Shown one piece after another: positions 61,639 to 64,000 of a stretch of 64,000 bases of DNA. Position 1 is the first letter of the stretch; each line of letters starts with the position of its first letter. The stretch is from the IMG/VR virus record IMGVR_UViG_3300025098_005131. One strand, 5' to 3'. This DNA comes from a virus (taxonomy: Duplodnaviria; Caudoviricetes). The notes under the pieces were generated by a model. That model had not been told where the DNA came from and did no database searches. It saw nothing but the letters and a program-made list of their open reading frames with translations. The position numbers and the translations under genes are program-made.

Positions 61639-64000
61639 CTAGCTTCTTTCTTTCATGTCAGTGATAACATCTCTATATATTTCTGCACGATTAACACCTG
61701 TTGCATCAATCCCCGGTGGTATATCGTGAATAGGTGCAAATTGTACTGTTATTTTGGCACCCATTGGCAATGAAACATCTCCCTCAAATCGTCCTTCAAC
61801 ATTTGTTGTTTCCCAAAGTTGGTTGTTTGTATCTATGCTTAAAGAAGTTATAAATCCAGCAAGACCCAAGCCTTGAGTCGACTCAAATGCTTTTTGATAA
61901 GGATTGTTAATTCTTTTGTCACTATTTAAATGTGCAGGAAAAACGCTTTCTAGTTTTCTCTCGTCAGAGTCTTCTGCTAAATCATAGACATTTTTATATA
62001 CTGCCTGTCTAACACTAGTTATTTCATTTTCGTGTATTAAAAAAGCATTTCCGTTATTAATTTCTTTAATTTTAAATATATAATACTTTTGTCTAAAGCT
62101 TTTATTACCCTGGGAAATAAAGGTTTTTACCTTAAATTTGTCTTTGAATGTATACATTTTTTTTGGATTAGTAACTTCCAAAGAATTTTCTTGGTTACTT
62201 CCCGAAAGATAAAAATCACTCACGCCTCTGGAACTTAAACCCTTATTCAAAAACATACTTAAGTCACCTGAAATTGTTGACATGTCAGAATTATATATAT
62301 TCTCACTATCATCATTGAAAACATAAAAAAACTTTGACTTATCAAAATCTTTAGTAATGTTAAAGCTTACTTCGCCTTCTCTAACAAGTAATTCTTTTTT
62401 AAATACTTTGTTAAATTTGTTTTTAATTCCTTTTGAATAGAGTTTTTTCATGTCATACTCAGTATAGTTTGAGCGTATAAGATCGCCGACTTTAAGTCTT
62501 ATTAAAGGTGAAGCTGTTGGAACTTGCGTAAAAGGAAATCTAAAACTTCTATTTTCTTTAAAATCTCCTGTATTTGCTGGCAGACCGTCTGACCATTGTG
62601 GATAAACTAAAGTCACTAGTTTGTTAATTTGCTGCCACATTAAAGCAAAGTCTTCTTCGTTCATTGTAACAAGAGAGAAAGATACGCTAATACTTCGTGT
62701 TGTTTTTGTATAATGCTGTGCATCATCAATTCTACCAAAACCAGTAATTGGACTATACTGAGGTTGGAAGCTATCTGAGATATTGTCTATAAAAGCATGA
62801 AAAGAAAGCATTTCATTTGTTCTAAGATCATGAAAATAAAAAGGTGCCATTTCTCTATTAAAAGCTTTTTCTATTTGATCTTTTAACTTTTTACTAAATC
62901 TTTTGTTTTGAGATGCAGCACCTTTGTATTTATATTTTTTAAAGTCTTCTCTATTAGTTGTTAATAACTCGAAATCGTATTTTATAAGTTGTTGTAACGT
63001 TGACGAAGATATGTCAGAAACGATTTTAGTCTCAGCGTCACTTGACCGGGCTTTGTCAACATATAACTCTTTTTCTCCACCTTTACCGTAACCATCTTTA
63101 AATTTTAAATCACCATAGTCATAAAAGCCTTGTGGGTCTTTTAAAGTTGAAAGACCATTTGTATAAAAAACTGATCTTTTATTTGCTGAATATCTGTTGG
63201 TATTACTAAGCAAGCCAAAATTAGCAGAATTCTGATCTGCAAAAATGGTAAATACGTTTTCTCCTTGCAAACTTTTAAAAGATCTATATCCGGCACTTAT
63301 CTTTCCAATTTGTACTCTTTCTATAATAAACTTAAAATAATATCTACTAAACTCAACAAAAAATTTATCAATAGGATTCTCTTGAGATATAGAGTTTCTT
63401 CCAATGTAATCACTTTCTGTAGTTTTAGCCTTATAAAGTATATTTGTGTGCCAATAAGACTGCATTTGAAATTTTCTTATAAGCATATTAAGTCTATTAT
63501 AACCTTGTTTAGAAAAGCTTAAGACTGTTCGAACAAATTGTTGCACAGCTGAGTCAAATGGACTCTCCTTAGTTGCCATTGGATTTTTTTTAAGCCAGTT
63601 AACGTTTTTTGGATCTGTGTTTAAAAATAAATCAAACCCGTGTATAAAACTAACAATAACTTGTGTCAAAGTCATTTCATCAAATCCAAAAAATCTTAAT
63701 CCTAAGTGGTCTGAAAAAAATCTTTCAAAGTTTGTAAATTTATCACTATTTACACCACTAATATTGTCTGTTATGAAAAAATTGTAAATTTCATTTGCAA
63801 CAATTATATAAACAATTGTGTTAATTAGATATTGAGTAACAAAGAAAAGAGCAGTTAAGTCTGCGCCTTTAGCTGAAATAAAGCCTAATGAATTAAAATC
63901 ATATCCAGCAAGTATTTCTAATTCGTCTGCAAAAACTGAAGAGGTTTGAAAATCACCATTAAAGCTATCAAACGAAGTATAATTTTTTAGTGGGCTGTCG
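61639..64000 (-). CDS. Tail tube initiator / baseplate protein (gp48/gp54-like), 5'-truncated by window edge
   Basis: FYFHDLR...FHAFIDNISDSF...GRID...TRSISVSF...INKLVTLVYP...PLIRLKVGD; the frame is open for 108 more codons upstream of the track ATG at 63675 (DSPLKNYTSF...GFDEM). Confidence 0.7.
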   Translation of the reverse strand, partial: DSPLKNYTSFDSFNGDFQTSSVFADELEILAGYDFNSLGFISAKGADLTALFFVTQYLINTIVYIIVANEIYNFFITDNISGVNSDKFTNFERFFSDHLGLRFFGFDEMTLTQVIVSFIHGFDLFLNTDPKNVNWLKKNPMATKESPFDSAVQQFVRTVLSFSKQGYNRLNMLIRKFQMQSYWHTNILYKAKTTESDYIGRNSISQENPIDKFFVEFSRYYFKFIIERVQIGKISAGYRSFKSLQGENVFTIFADQNSANFGLLSNTNRYSANKRSVFYTNGLSTLKDPQGFYDYGDLKFKDGYGKGGEKELYVDKARSSDAETKIVSDISSSTLQQLIKYDFELLTTNREDFKKYKYKGAASQNKRFSKKLKDQIEKAFNREMAPFYFHDLRTNEMLSFHAFIDNISDSFQPQYSPITGFGRIDDAQHYTKTTRSISVSFSLVTMNEEDFALMWQQINKLVTLVYPQWSDGLPANTGDFKENRSFRFPFTQVPTASPLIRLKVGDLIRSNYTEYDMKKLYSKGIKNKFNKVFKKELLVREGEVSFNITKDFDKSKFFYVFNDDSENIYNSDMSTISGDLSMFLNKGLSSRGVSDFYLSGSNQENSLEVTNPKKMYTFKDKFKVKTFISQGNKSFRQKYYIFKIKEINNGNAFLIHENEITSVRQAVYKNVYDLAEDSDERKLESVFPAHLNSDKRINNPYQKAFESTQGLGLAGFITSLSIDTNNQLWETTNVEGRFEGDVSLPMGAKITVQFAPIHDIPPGIDATGVNRAEIYRDVITDMKERS

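Noticed and set aside
78-63522. Roughly 40 short plus-strand (and a few nested minus-strand) ORFs in the track, e.g. 78-353, 1189-1380, 4288-4572, 17464-17709, 24090-24329, 57952-58203
   Set aside because: They lie antisense to or inside well-supported genes, are Ser/Phe/Leu-rich mirror translations and lack SD sites; treated as shadow ORFs
63673-63675. ATG at 63675 as start of the tail-tube-like gene
   Set aside because: The frame stays open to the window edge (108 further codons) with no SD; the ATG is probably internal
1-64000. Stop-codon reassignment as seen in some huge phages
   Set aside because: Conserved enzymes are full length under the standard code, and TAA, TAG and TGA all end genes directly before the next start
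1-64000. Bacterial chromosome or eukaryotic giant virus origin (groEL, recA, dnaE, clpP, sod, sigma)
   Set aside because: Baseplate genes, gp32-like SSB, SD-led operons and absence of ribosomal or envelope housekeeping clusters fit a large tailed phage
1-64000. tRNA, tmRNA or other structured RNA genes
   Set aside because: Intergenic gaps are at most about 155 nt, very AT-rich, and show no cloverleaf or T-loop signature; a tRNAscan/Infernal run would be the definitive check

Overview
AT-rich (roughly 30% GC by eye), densely coding 64-kb segment of a very large tailed phage (jumbo/huge myovirus-like), standard genetic code, nearly all genes on the minus strand. It holds a partial sigma70 factor, GroEL, a block of probable internal head proteins (including an Fe/Mn SOD and a 1537-aa protein with repeated protease-site-like motifs), nucleotide metabolism genes (dCMP deaminase, Tdk, ThyX, class I RNR, thioredoxin, two types of dNTP pyrophosphatase), a DnaE replicase, a T4-like replication operon (gp32-like SSB, RecA/UvsX, flap nuclease, helicase), repair genes (photolyase-like, Fpg/Nei, minimal PolA), ClpP, an amidase and the start of a contractile-tail baseplate module. 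Highlights: (1) a probable undescribed pyrimidine-modification pathway built from a dNMP kinase fused to a truncated cytosine-type ThyA-fold domain, a rewired second ThyX, an NDT-family hydrolase, a dCTPase-like enzyme and an NDP-sugar epimerase; (2) a shared Leu/Ile-x-Glu leader that appears to mark a set of virion-packaged enzymes (ADP-ribosyltransferase-like proteins, SOD, HAD phosphatase, ligase-like protein); (3) a start-codon-sequestering hairpin on a Zn-finger endonuclease gene with a candidate late promoter in its 5' arm; (4) an obligatory AUU start for Fpg; (5) a TadG-like vWA pilin; (6) two recurring promoter classes. No tRNA, rRNA, CRISPR array, intron or intein was recognised. All family assignments are motif recognition by eye, not database searches.
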